A stretch of DNA of 63,622 bases, filler included, from Octopus bimaculoides (lineage: Eukaryota), in assembly GCF_001194135.2 (NCBI RefSeq). It is 6 parts of 6 records of this genome, joined end to end, with 100 filler letters (N's around TTAATTAATTAA, not from the genome) between each part and the next. Parts side by side here need not be neighbours in the genome. Positions count along the whole stretch, not along the records: positions 7,403 to 27,744 come from NC_069000.1; positions 27,845 to 44,410 come from NC_068982.1; 4 more parts are not named here. One strand, given 5' to 3'. Position 1 is the first letter of the stretch. Each line of letters starts with the position of its first letter. Both the position numbers and the translations under genes were made by a program. The notes under the pieces were generated by a model, which was given only the letters and a program-made list of their open reading frames with translations, did not search any database and was not told where the DNA came from. Positions 25,123 through 36,763 of this stretch are shown here, piece after piece.

Positions 25123-26136
25123 ATGTCATTTAACCAAATTTTACCCCAGATTCTTCTTTACTATGGTTACATTGTACTTCCAATTGGAATTATATCGAAC
25201 ATATTTTCCATTTTGATTCTATCACAGAAAACGCAGCGACGTATGACCATCAATTTTTACCTTACTGCTTTATCAGTTAGTGACGTATTTGTGCTGTCGA
25301 TTTGTTTGGTGGACAAATGGTTACGATTCGTCTACAATATACGCATCAGAAACACTTCGATTTTCCTCTGTAAAGCGTTGCCGTTCTCCGATAAAACCTT
25401 TTTATCTCTCTCTTCGTGGATCATTGCAATAATAACAACAGAACGAGCAATTGCGGTTTCATCTCCTCTGGGTCACAACTTCACACGAAATCGGAAGAAA
25501 GTGAAGAACTTCTGCGTACTTTTTATTGCCATATTTGTTATAGGACTAGTTTATTCGCCAGTACTGTTTTATTACAAATTCACCGAAAGAATCATCGCTA
25601 ACAATGAAACTTCAAAAACTATATGTCACGAAATTGAACCAGAAATCTACGAACGTGTAAAGTATGTAATATTCTATTGCATGTTCTGTTTTATTCCGCA
25701 GATAGTGTGTACCGTATGTGTATATTTTATTGTGAAGCATCTCTTGGAGAGAAGAAAGTTTTTGACATCACAATCACAGATTCATGACGACCACATCAAT
25801 CAAAACAACAGAAACATGGGATTAATTTTATCGATCAATATTTTGTTCTTTGTGTTTACTGTACCATTTTCTCTAACTGGAATGTTAATAACATTTACTG
25901 ATAAAACTACTGAATTCCATAAAGATCTCGTTCCAATATACACTTTTGTGCATCTGTTTTCCTATACAAACAGCGTCTTAAACTTCTTTGTCTATATCGC
26001 CAGCGGCAGCAGTTTTCGTCGGGAATTCACTAATATGTGCCGAAAGGTCAATACCAAACAATCGTTCAAAGACTCGCTTAAGACTGTTAGTAGTCGTCTT
26101 ACACCAACGTCCAGCTCCTCGTACAGAATTTCATGA
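25123..26136 (+). CDS. Rhodopsin-like (class A) orphan GPCR, 337 aa, FMRFamide/peptide-receptor-like or GPR139/142-like group
   Basis: Intact 1014-nt ORF with seven hydrophobic segments. Motifs are GxxxN (TM1), LSVSD (TM2), C3.25 (LCK), ERAIAV (E/DRY variant), an ECL2 Cys, P5.50, FTVP (TM6), NSVLNFFVY (NPxxY variant) and FRREF (helix 8). Confidence 0.92.
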   Translation: MSFNQILPQILLYYGYIVLPIGIISNIFSILILSQKTQRRMTINFYLTALSVSDVFVLSICLVDKWLRFVYNIRIRNTSIFLCKALPFSDKTFLSLSSWIIAIITTERAIAVSSPLGHNFTRNRKKVKNFCVLFIAIFVIGLVYSPVLFYYKFTERIIANNETSKTICHEIEPEIYERVKYVIFYCMFCFIPQIVCTVCVYFIVKHLLERRKFLTSQSQIHDDHINQNNRNMGLILSINILFFVFTVPFSLTGMLITFTDKTTEFHKDLVPIYTFVHLFSYTNSVLNFFVYIASGSSFRREFTNMCRKVNTKQSFKDSLKTVSSRLTPTSSSSYRIS

Positions 26137-26206
26137 TATATTAATCCAAGTAATAATTTCCCTTACTATTATGTGTGTGTGTATGTATGTATGCAGGTAT
26201 GTATGT

Positions 26207-26243
<37 letters not shown>

Positions 26244-26996
26244 NNNNNNNNNNNNNNNNNNNNNNNNNNNNNNNNNNNNNNNNNNNNNNNNNNNNNNNNN
26301 NNNNNNNNNNNNNNNNNNNNNNNNNNNNNNNNNNNNNNNNNNNNNNNNNNNNNNNNNNNNNNNNNNNNNNNNNNNNNNNNNNNNNNNNNNNNNNNNNNNN
26401 NNNNNNNNNNNNNNNNNNNNNNNNNNNNNNNNNNNNNNNNNNNNNNNNNNNNNNNNNNNNNNNNNNNNNNNNNNNNNNNNNNNNNNNNNNNNNNNNNNNN
26501 NNNNNNNNNNNNNNNNNNNNNNNNNNNNNNNNNNNNNNNNNNNNNNNNNNNNNNNNNNNNNNNNNNNNNNNNNNNNNNNNNNNNNNNNNNNNNNNNNNNN
26601 NNNNNNNNNNNNNNNNNNNNNNNNNNNNNNNNNNNNNNNNNNNNNNNNNNNNNNNNNNNNNNNNNNNNNNNNNNNNNNNNNNNNNNNNNNNNNNNNNNNN
26701 NNNNNNNNNNNNNNNNNNNNNNNNNNNNNNNNNNNNNNNNNNNNNNNNNNNNNNNNNNNNNNNNNNNNNNNNNNNNNNNNNNNNNNNNNNNNNNNNNNNN
26801 NNNNNNNNNNNNNNNNNNNNNNNNNNNNNNNNNNNNNNNNNNNNNNNNNNNNNNNNNNNNNNNNNNNNNNNNNNNNNNNNNNNNNNNNNNNNNNNNNNNN
26901 NNNNNNNNNNNNNNNNNNNNNNNNNNNNNNNNNNNNNNNNNNNNNNNNNNNNNNNNNNNNNNNNNNNNNNNNNNNNNNNNNNNNNNNNNNNNNNNN

Positions 26997-27056
<60 letters not shown>

Positions 27057-27399
27057 TGTATGTGTATTGCACAAAAAAGTTGTATACTGAGTTGAAGAAG
27101 TAGCGGTGCTCACAATGGTTTGTAGGCCATCGCATTATAGTGACGTTTATTTTTCAACTGAAACATCGATATGTTTAAATACCAATATATATGGACAGAA
27201 ACGAAGCAGTTTTCCTGTCATTGATGCAATTCGCAACACTTTTCAATAGAAGAAACGGCATGCTCAATAGTTGGCTTCGAATGCAATTCTTATAAATTAA
27301 TAGCTACTTCGGTCAATGTGCAAACATACTGCGGTTCTAATAGTGATGTGGCTGGATTGGAACAAATACCAGCGTAAACAGAATGTATACATACATCTA

Positions 27400-27720
27400 T
27401 ATATAGTCTATTAAAGTCTGTCATACCGGCCATGACGAAGGGAAGTAGCCCTGAAACTCGAGTCGCCTTTATATATATATATTTATATTTATATATTTAT
27501 ATATTTAATCCTTTATATTGAACACTCAATATTTCATCTACATTCAATACTTTCTTTCATGGTGCAATCCATTTTTATTTTATTTTATTTTATATTGTAT
27601 ATTGTATATTATATTATATATTGTATATTCCATATTCTATACCCCACATTAGTTCTGCAGGAATATAAATAAAACATAAAAAACAGTGTTGGAACTCTTT
27701 TAAGCAAAATAATATATTCC
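27400..27720 (+). repeat. About 300-bp dispersed element carrying a hammerhead-like motif, copy 1
   Basis: Homologous to the reverse complement of 38460-38760 (atagtct.ttaaagtctgtcataccggccatga.gaa ... taatcctttatattgaacactcaatatttca ... ttggaactctttt). Confidence 0.85.
27428..27467 (+). ncRNA. Variant minimal type-I hammerhead motif (CA-UGACGA core)
   Basis: GGC-CA-TGACGA-AGGG aagtag CCCT-GAA-ACTCGAGT-C-GCC, with stem I GGC/GCC, a 4-bp stem II, an 8-nt palindromic stem III and a GUC triplet. Confidence 0.65.
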
Positions 27721-27844
27721 TCTATACACAATCATACAAAAAAANNNNNNNNNNNNNNNNNNNNNNNNNNNNNNNNNNNNNNNNNNNNTTAATTAATTAA
27801 NNNNNNNNNNNNNNNNNNNNNNNNNNNNNNNNNNNNNNNNNNNN

Positions 27845-28103
27845 TGTGTGTGTGTGTGTATATCTATGCATGTATGTATGTATGTGTGTATGTGTGTTTG
27901 TGTGTCTGTGTTTGTCCACCCACCAACGCTTGACAACCGATGGTGGCGTGTCTACGTCCCCATAACTTAGCGGTTCGGCAAAAGAGACCGATAGAATAAG
28001 TAGTAGGCTTACAAAGAATAAGTCCTGGGGTCGAGTTGTTCGACTAAAGGCGGTGTTCCAGCATGGCCGCAGACAAATGACTGAAATAAATAAGAGAATA
28101 AAT
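27845..28103 (+). mobile_element. SINE family 1 internal microsatellite, body and tail
   Basis: (TG)/(TATG) repeats then the family-1 body to aaatgactgaaataaataagagaataaa. Confidence 0.9.
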
Positions 28104-28558
28104 GAATAGTCATTACCAAATACAGCTTAATCATTAATAGAACATTTTACTGGTTTTTACTCATACGGCTGTGGTCAGGCTGGAGCGCTGCTTTTAAGGA
28201 TTTTCAGTCGATCATATCGACGTCACGTTTTGCTTTTGTCTGGTATTTATTCTAACTAATGGCCAGGTTACATTGTTCGTTGTTTTTTTTTACTAAGGGA
28301 TGCAGGTTTACACCTGTATTCTCACGTGCGCGCGCACAAACACGCACACACACACATGTATGTATGTATGGGTGTGGGTGTACTTTTACATGTGTTGTGT
28401 GTGTGTAAGTATGTGTTTGTGTGTGTAGGTAAGCGTATGTACACCGCGTCCTGGTACGTGATTAGAGGCGACTGAAAGCGTTGCCTCAGCAAATCCGTCT
28501 AACCCATGCTAGCATGGAAAAGAGGACGTAAAATAATGATGATACACACACACATATC

Positions 28559-28614
28559 GTGGCTGTGTGGTAAGAAGTTTGCTTCCAAACCACACAGTTC
28601 CAGGTTCAGTCCCA
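28559..28614 (+). mobile_element. SINE family 1 head fragment
   Basis: gtggctgtgtggtaagaagtttgcttccaaaccacacagttccaggttcagtccca. Confidence 0.75.
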
Positions 28615-28709
28615 TTATATATTTTTACGCACCATGTGCTCTGATTTTGGCGCAAAACAAAACCAGTTGCACAGTCAGAGACTAACGTGAACAATCATGG
28701 ATTTAAACT

Positions 28710-28774
28710 GGTAGTCCACACTGACGAGGCTCAAGGTTGAATAACCAAAAGCCGAAACCTGGTTTGTGGATATC
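28710..28774 (+). ncRNA. Minimal type-I hammerhead ribozyme with intact catalytic core
   Basis: TCCACA(28715-20)-CTGACGA-GGCT caa GGTT gaat AACC aaa AGCC-GAA-ACCTGGT-T-TGTGGA(28765-70). All core positions are canonical and stem I extends (GGTA/TATC past one bulged G). Stem III is pseudo-palindromic, and predicted cleavage is after 28764 (GUU). Confidence 0.8.
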
Positions 28775-29639
28775 CGTAATTGCATAATATTTTTATTTGT
28801 GCTGTTAAATGTTTTAATTCTTTCTGTTTTCCTCGCATACTGTTTTTCTCTGTTATATTTGGTGCGCTACGGTGGATTATTTAAGACTTGGCTCTTATTT
28901 CTAGCAGGTAGATGCTCATTAAGCATCATTACGCTTCGTGCAAATTTATATTTCATAGCTCCTTANNNNNNNNNNNNNNNNNNNNNNNNNNNNNNNNNNN
29001 NNNNNNNNNNNNNNNNNNNNNNNNNNNNNNNNNNNNNNNNNNNNNNNNNNNNNNNNNNNNNNNNNNNNNNNNNNNNNNNNNNNNNNNNNNNNNNNNNNNN
29101 NNNNNNNNNNNNNNNNNNNNNNNNNNNNNNNNNNNNNNNNNNNNNNNNNNNNNNNNNNNNNNNNNNNNNNNNNNNNNNNNNNNNNNNNNNNNNNNNNNNN
29201 NNNNNNNNNNNNNNNNNNNNNNNNNNNNNNNNNNNNNNNNNNNNNNNNNNNNNNNNNNNNNNNNNNNNNNNNNNNNNNNNNNNNNNNNNNNNNNNNNNNN
29301 NNNNNNNNNNNNNNNNNNNNNNNNNNNNNNNNNNNNNNNNNNNNNNNNNNNNNNNNNNNNNNNNNNNNNNNNNNNNNNNNNNNNNNNNNNNNNNNNNNNN
29401 NNNNNNNNNNNNNNNNNNNNNNNNNNNNNNNNNNNNNNNNNNNNNNNNNNNNNNNNNNNNNNNNNNNNNNNNNNNNNNNNNNNNNNNNNNNNNNNNNNNN
29501 NNNNNNNNNNNNNNNNNNNNNNNNNNNNNNNNNNNNNNNNNNNNNNNNNNNNNNNNNNNNNNNNNNNNNNNNNNNNNNNNNNNNNNNNNNNNNNNNNNNN
29601 NNNNNNNNNNNNNNNNNNNNNNNNNNNNNNNNNNNNNNN

Positions 29640-29685
<46 letters not shown>

Positions 29686-29699
29686 TTATAAATACTCGA

Positions 29700-29858
29700 G
29701 AGTCATCTTCAGTTTCCACATTCCAAATTCCACGGTTGATAATATATTGGCCAAGCCGTGGCTAATAAAAGAAAGATACTCCCCGAAGGCGACGGGTAGT
29801 GAGACCGAACCCGGGAACTCGTAGTCTCGCAGCGAAGCTCTCAACCACACAGCTAGTC
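29700..29858 (-). mobile_element. SINE family 1 head (diverged)
   Basis: Minus strand tagctgtgtggttgagagcttcgct...gttcccgggttcggtctcact...ggaaactgaaga. Confidence 0.7.
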
Positions 29859-29969
29859 TTGTGATTATATCCATATTTTATGGAGTAAAATTACACAGGT
29901 AATTCTTGCTTCTATTAACTCTAATTTATGAACATACTGGGTTGTTTTACAAAGATAAGACTCAATAAA

Positions 29970-30130
29970 GACGTAGCTGTGTGGTGAGAAGTTTGCTTCC
30001 AAACCACATGGTTCCGGGTTCAGTTACACTGCGTGACACCTTGGACAAGTGTATTCTGCTATATCCTTGGTATGACCAAAGCCTTGTGAGTAAATTTGGT
30101 GGACGGAAACTGAAAAAGCCAGTTGTATAT
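29970..30130 (+). mobile_element. SINE family 1 head
   Basis: gtagctgtgtggtgagaagtttgcttccaaaccacatggttccgggttcag...gaccaaagccttgtgagt...gacggaaactgaaaaagcc then (TA)/(CA). Confidence 0.9.
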
Positions 30131-30496
30131 ATACACACACACACATATGAATATATTAATCTGACTTATCTTTGATCTATATTTGCAAATATTTGTATGT
30201 GAACGTGCAAATCTGTTTTGTACGGGTATGTATATTTATTTGTATTTATATTTCTTGTTTATTGTGTTGACGAAGGAAAAAAATGCCTGCTCTATGGCTT
30301 GAATCTAGAAATTGGACCCAATTCACTATTAACGTTTTTTCACTCGCTCACATACAACCCTCCGTGTATATTTTTGGAGTTTTTCGGTAGCATTTGAATG
30401 CCTCAGCCTTTTCAAGCATGTTGGAGATACGCCGTTCTTTTCGCCCTTGGTCCCTTAATATAATTTCACCCCCCACACACGCACACACACGCGCAC

Positions 30497-30531
<35 letters not shown>

Positions 30532-31574
30532 CACACACACATATAATTATTAATTTAATGTATAAATTACCTATAAATTTTTATTACANNNNNNNNNNNN
30601 NNNNNNNNNNNNNNNNNNNNNNNNNNNNNNNNNNNNNNNNNNNNNNNNNNNNNNNNNNNNNNNNNNNNNNNNNNNNNNNNNNNNNNNNNNNNNNNNNNNN
30701 NNNNNNNNNNNNNNNNNNNNNNNNNNNNNNNNNNNNNNNNNNNNNNNNNNNNNNNNNNNNNNNNNNNNNNNNNNNNNNNNNNNNNNNNNNNNNNNNNNNN
30801 NNNNNNNNNNNNNNNNNNNNNNNNNNNNNNNNNNNNNNNNNNNNNNNNNNNNNNNNNNNNNNNNNNNNNNNNNNNNNNNNNNNNNNNNNNNNNNNNNNNN
30901 NNNNNNNNNNNNNNNNNNNNNNNNNNNNNNNNNNNNNNNNNNNNNNNNNNNNNNNNNNNNNNNNNNNNNNNNNNNNNNNNNNNNNNNNNNNNNNNNNNNN
31001 NNNNNNNNNNNNNNNNNNNNNNNNNNNNNNNNNNNNNNNNNNNNNNNNNNNNNNNNNNNNNNNNNNNNNNNNNNNNNNNNNNNNNNNNNNNNNNNNNNNN
31101 NNNNNNNNNNNNNNNNNNNNNNNNNNNNNNNNNNNNNNNNNNNNNNNNNNNNNNNNNNNNNNNNNNNNNNNNNNNNNNNNNNNNNNNNNNNNNNNNNNNN
31201 NNNNNNNNNNNNNNNNNNNNNNNNNNNNNNNNNNNNNNNNNNNNNNNNNNNNNNNNNNNNNNNNNNNNNNNNNNNNNNNNNNNNNNNNNNNNNNNNNNNN
31301 NNNNNNNNNNNNNNNNNNNNNNNNNNNNNNNNNNNNNNNNNNNNNNNNNNNNNNNNNNNNNNNNNNNNNNNNNNNNNNNNNNNNNNNNNNNNNNNNNNNN
31401 NNNNNNNNNNNNNNNNNNNNNNNNNNNNNNNNNNNNNNNNNNNNNNNNNNNNNNNNNNNNNNNNNNNNNNNNNNNNNNNNNNNNNNNNNNNNNNNNNNNN
31501 NNNNNNNNNNNNNNNNNNNNNNNNNNNNNNNNNNNNNNNNNNNNTATATATATATATATATATGTCTGTATGTA

Positions 31575-31815
31575 TATGCGTATGCGAGTATCTTTGCCTG
31601 TGTTTGTCCCCCCCCACCCACTGCTTGACAACCGGTGTTGGTCTGTTTACATCCACATAACTTGGCTTTTCGACAAATGAGACCGATACAATAAGTACCA
31701 GGCTTAAAAAAATAATAGCCATTGGAGTCGATTTATTCGACACAAAATTCCTGAAGGCGGTGCCCCAGCATGGCCACAGTCCAATGAAAGAAACCATTGT
31801 AAAAGATAAAAGATA
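31575..31815 (+). mobile_element. SINE family 1 body and tail
   Basis: gcttgacaaccggtg...ataagtaccaggctt...aaggcggtgccccagcatggccacagtc. Confidence 0.85.
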
Positions 31816-32029
31816 CAGGAAACCACTACGTGATAGCGTGGCCAGCTAGAAATAGCAGCCTAATCCCCTCAATTCATATCAGGAAGGACACATTAGATAG
31901 TGCACTCCAAAAATGTACGGAACGGTCATGGCTGGAATTAAGACTAAATAACAACAACAATAACAATCAACATCTTTGCTTCGAGTATTTGTCTCTTTAC
32001 AGGCGCCATTTTGAATGACAACCATATAC

Positions 32030-32380
32030 ACACTTGTATGTATGTATGTATGTATGTATGTATGTATGTATGTATGTATGTGTGTATGCGTGTATGTATG
32101 TATGCATGTATATATGTGTGTATGTATGTATTATGCATGTATGTAGGTGTATGTATGTATGCATGTATGCATGTATGTATATGTGTATGTGTGTGTGTAT
32201 TTATGTGTGTGTATGTGTATGTCTGTCCGTCTGTATGTATATATGTGTGTATGTATGTATGTATGTATGTATGCATGTGTGTGTGTGTGTATGTATGTAT
32301 GTATCTATGTATGTATGGAAACATACTTATGTCCATATATATATATACATCTACACACATGCGCATATACACACACGTGT
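32030..32380. repeat. Degenerate (TATG)n/(TG)n satellite
   Basis: Seen directly. Confidence 0.9.
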
Positions 32381-32604
32381 ATATCATTGTTTATCAATAT
32401 AATTTTCTCCATGCCATGCTTAATGTTATGATTGCATAAACGCAAAATCTTGTAGCATTTTGTAACATAATCTTTAAGTCTGACCCTGTTGTTTTAAACA
32501 ATTTCTTTTCATCCCACCCGCCTTTCATTTACTAACGCTTTCTCTCGATCAAGATTTCATGGCGCTGGGCAATTCTTTCCAGTTATCAACCAATCAACGT
32601 CGGC

Positions 32605-32714
<110 letters not shown>

Positions 32715-33482
32715 TTGACTAACATACTTTCCGTTTTAATAAAATCTTTGGGCAACATTGGTATTCGATACTTCGTAAACTGGACAAAACAGCTTCAGAG
32801 CAGATTGTATAATGGTTTCCAATGGATTCATTTATACAAGAGAAGCGTTATCGGGATAACTGCATCTTCTGTTGCTTAATCCTCTCGCCTTTTCCGTTTC
32901 TTTGTTTCTTTTGTGAGATAGTTATGGTTTTCTTTTTTCGATAATTTGATTTTTTCATACTTATAATGATTCTTTTTTTCTTTTCTTCCTGTAAAAATAT
33001 GCTATGTTGATAATAAAGTATCTTCCACTTCAAAAGAAAAAAAAAGTAGAGCGTTTGTAAACAAGTTCTCCGAGACCCAGATTACATTTGTTTACCTTGC
33101 GATTCCGGGTCTCGTCAACTGATAAAAGCCTTCATGAAGAAACACTTTGCATTCAAACTAAGTAAGATACTCTTACAGGAGACGATAAGAAATCAATCAT
33201 TCGGTTCGATGTTCAACTGAAAGGCCCCTGAGCATATCTATGATTCTGGGCACTGCAATGGGTGAGTCTAAAATAAGCCAAGTCTTAGAGTAATCATGGG
33301 CAACTTATTTCGAGAAGCGGGCAGCATAAGACAAAACTCATCACCAGGTAAACGCCCCTACTAGAAAAAAAAAAACCTGAAGGGAATTTTTCATTTAGCC
33401 GTGCTATTCAGAAAGCCTTGCGGACCGCTGTTTGCAAATGATTGTATTAGAAGCTCCCTTATCAGCTACACGCACACACACA

Positions 33483-33527
<45 letters not shown>

Positions 33528-33859
33528 AGTCTCTCTCTCTCTCTCAAGTCAATGTTAACTCTATTTAAATCCGTTTCAATAAAATCAGACTTATGAGACA
33601 AAACGTCAGCAAGTCTGGGTTCACTACTCGGTTATTTATACTTTTCTGTTGTTTCCTCAATGATTTATTATTATTTTAAATTCAAACCAGAAAATACTGT
33701 GGCATGTTCTTTCTTGTTTGAAATCCGTAACGTTGATATTCTTCCATTTTGTCTGTTAGAATTCGTGTCGTTCTTAGCTAATGACGTTTACTAAATCAAT
33801 ATTTACGGCCCTCTCCATCCTTTTAGATTAATTTTCCTATTTATCTTATCTTCTGAGTT

Positions 33860-34350
33860 TGAGCATCGTGAAAAATGCTCTGAGGTATTTGTTGTGGCCG
33901 ACTCTTCACATTCTGAGTTCAAATCCCGCCAAGGTGAACTTTGCCTCTCATCCCCCTCGGAATCGATAAAATAAAGTATTGAGAGATCAATGTAACAGAT
34001 TAATTCATAATCCTTACAATCGGTGATCTTGCTCCAAAATTTCAGACAGTTATTTTGCAGCAATTGGCAGAATCGTTAGAACGCCAGAAAAAATGCTTCA
34101 ACTCTTTACGTTCTCATTTCATATCCCGCCAAGATCAACTTTACATTTCATTCCACCGGAGTCGGTGAAGTGCCGAGGCCGATGATACTGCTGGAATCGC
34201 TCGAGCACCGGGAAAAAAAAGATGCTTTGCAATATTTACTTCAGCTCATTATGTTCTGAGTTAAAATCTCTCCTAGATTAACTTTACCTTTCGTCTCTCC
34301 GAGTTTGATAAAATATAATATCATCCAAGTACTGGTGTCGATGGTATTTC
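33860..34350 (+). mobile_element. Three diverged SINE family 2 copies in tandem
   Basis: The motif ttctgagttcaaatcccgcc..gg..aactttgcct.tcatcc...gg..tcgataaa recurs at about 33920, 34110 and 34255. Confidence 0.7.
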
Positions 34351-34451
34351 TCCTTATATAACCGGTAGCCTCGTTTCCAAACGAAAAGCCATTATTTTGT
34401 AGTATCTGTCAAGTATAACGTTCCTATTACTAAATATTACTCTGATACCAA

Positions 34452-35061
34452 AATATTGGTTTCAAATTTTGGCACAAGGCTAGCAATTTCGGAGGAGGAG
34501 GTAAGTCGATTCCAGTGCTTAACTGGTATTTATGTTACCGACCCTGAAGGGATGAAAGGTAAAGTCAACCTCAGCAGAATTTGAACTCAGACTGCTAAGC
34601 ATTTCGCCCGGCGTGCTAACGATTCCGCCAGCTCACCGCCTTAATGCTGATTCAATAATATTCTTTTCTACTCTAGACACAAGGCCCGAAATTTTTGGGG
34701 GAGGTGACCAGTCGATTAGATCGACCTCAGTACCCAACTGGTACTTAATTTATCGACCACGAGAGGATAAAAGGCAAAGTCAGCCTCGGCGAAATTTGAA
34801 CTTAGAACGTAAAGACAGACGAAATACTTATTTCGTTATTGCCCACAAGGGGCTAAACATAGAGGGAACAAACAAGAACAGACGAACGGATTAAGTCGAT
34901 TACATCGACCCCAGTGCGTAACTGGTACTTAATTTATCGACCCCGAAAGGATGAAAGGCAAAGTCGACCTCGGCGGAATTTGAACTCAGAACGTAAAGAC
35001 AGACGAAATACCGCTAGGCATTTCGCCCGGCGTGCTAACGATTCTGCCAGCTCGCCGCCTT
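34452..35061 (-). mobile_element. Three SINE family 2 copies (34452-34642, 34657-34828, 34829-35061) with three different tails
   Basis: Reverse complement of family 2: gaccccgaaaggatgaaaggcaaagtcgacctcggcggaatttgaactcagaacg...gccagctcgccgcctt. Confidence 0.9.
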
Positions 35062-35949
35062 AATTCTGACACTATTAGGTTGGCAACTAAGTTCCCGCCG
35101 TTTAAAAAAAAAAAAAAAATTTTGGAATTTATTGCGTTTTTAAATTTTGGAATCTATTTTTTTCGAGAATTCTATTTTTGACTCATTTTGGAATCTATTT
35201 TGTTTTTTTATCTTTCATCCTTTCAGGTTCGATAACATAAGCACCAGGTGAACACTGGGGTCGGTGTAGTCGACTTAATTACTCCTGGGTAAGAGTATAA
35301 ACAAACTGCAGCCTTTTGCCAAGCTACGTCGAGCCAGTGTAGCAGAGAAGAGTCATCAGACCAGTATGGTCTCAAGCTCGAATTCAAGGCCTCCACATCA
35401 GACCGTGGTTGGTGGAGCGAACATGCTGGAGCCTTCGTCTTGCAGTGGACTGAATAGAGGCAAACCAATTAAAACAAGGTATTGTTAAAAGAAAAGAAAA
35501 TATGATAAATAACTGACTAGGTTGGTTTACAGCACTCCATGTCTTTGTCTCCCTGCTTTTGCTTGTAATCCACCGCCTTCATCAATCATAATTATGGCTT
35601 CTGATTTAGACATAAGGTTCGTGCCGTCTTAAGGCATAACCACACTAGGCAGTTGCTGGGAGGCCTCATGGGTTAAGGGGCCCGATTCTGATCTATGCAT
35701 ACAGAGGCTTGTTGTCAGTAGATAAAGATAGTGGTGCTTTGATTTTCGCAGGGACCTGTAATGCGGTTAAGCTGGACCGGCCATCGAAGCCAACTTTGCG
35801 TTTCATCTTTTCAGAGTTGAATAAAATAAAGAACCAGTCAAGTACTGGGGTCAGTTACTGGTTTTGTACCTAAATTAGAAACAACTTAGTTCTGGATTGA
35901 ATGAGAAAATACCTTTCAACATATTTTACACTTCTTACTCTACCATCCA

Positions 35950-36217
35950 TTGTTAGGAATATCTTTGCGAGGACATAATCGAAAAGAGGTGATTCGAGAA
36001 TGGAGCGAAGTGAATGACTGTGATCGTAGAATTACCGAAAGCACGAAATCTAGCGGCCGGGACATGTCGCACGTACAATTGCTGAGTGATATCCATGAAT
36101 TCGGTAAAAGCCACTCAGAAGGTCTCCACGAATCGGGAAACGATATAATTAAACGATCTGGGTCAAGATGAAAAAGAAGGGTGCAATTAAGAAAGAATGG
36201 AAGCGCATTGTAACCAG
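35950..36217 (+). mobile_element. RTE-clade LINE ORF 3' fragment
   Basis: MLGISLRGHNRKEVIREWSEV... followed after a frameshift by AGHVAR and a KRxxGRPxxRW-like decayed segment. Confidence 0.65.
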
Positions 36218-36382
36218 CAATGTATACATTCGATAGTCTAATCGGTAGAGGTGATTATATACATACATTCATACGTACATACATACATACATACATACAT
36301 ACATACATACATACATACATACATACATACGAATCGTTGGCCATTTTCTTCCTCCGTCTTCCCTTCTATTGGACTTTCCTCT

Positions 36383-36418
36383 GTTTCCGAAGAAGAGCGT
36401 CTGCTCGAAACATTAAAC
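36383..36418 (+). ncRNA. Minimal hammerhead-like motif (U4C core, extra A after A9), unit 1
   Basis: GTTT-CCGAAGA-A-GAGC gtct GCTC-GAAAC-ATT-AAAC. Confidence 0.55.
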
Positions 36419-36727
36419 CATCTTTCTTTCCTTCCCTGCGTATCTGCTAATGCTTTACATGTACCACGTCCGCACGTTGTTGTCTTTTGTGTTTGTCCTT
36501 GTTTTTTTTTGTTTTCTTTTTGATTTGCCAATTTATATGGATATACCAATGTATATATCCGATAATCTAATCGGTACAGGTGATTATATACCTGCCTACC
36601 TACCTACCTACCTACCTACCTACATACATACATACATACATACATACATACATACATACATACATGCATACATACGAATCGTTGGCCATTTTCATTCTGC
36701 GTCTTCCCTTCCGTTGGACTTTCCTCT

Positions 36728-36763
36728 GTTTCCGAAGAAGAGCGTCTGCTCGAAACATTAAAC
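36728..36763 (+). ncRNA. Minimal hammerhead-like motif, unit 2
   Basis: Identical to 36383-36418. Confidence 0.55.
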
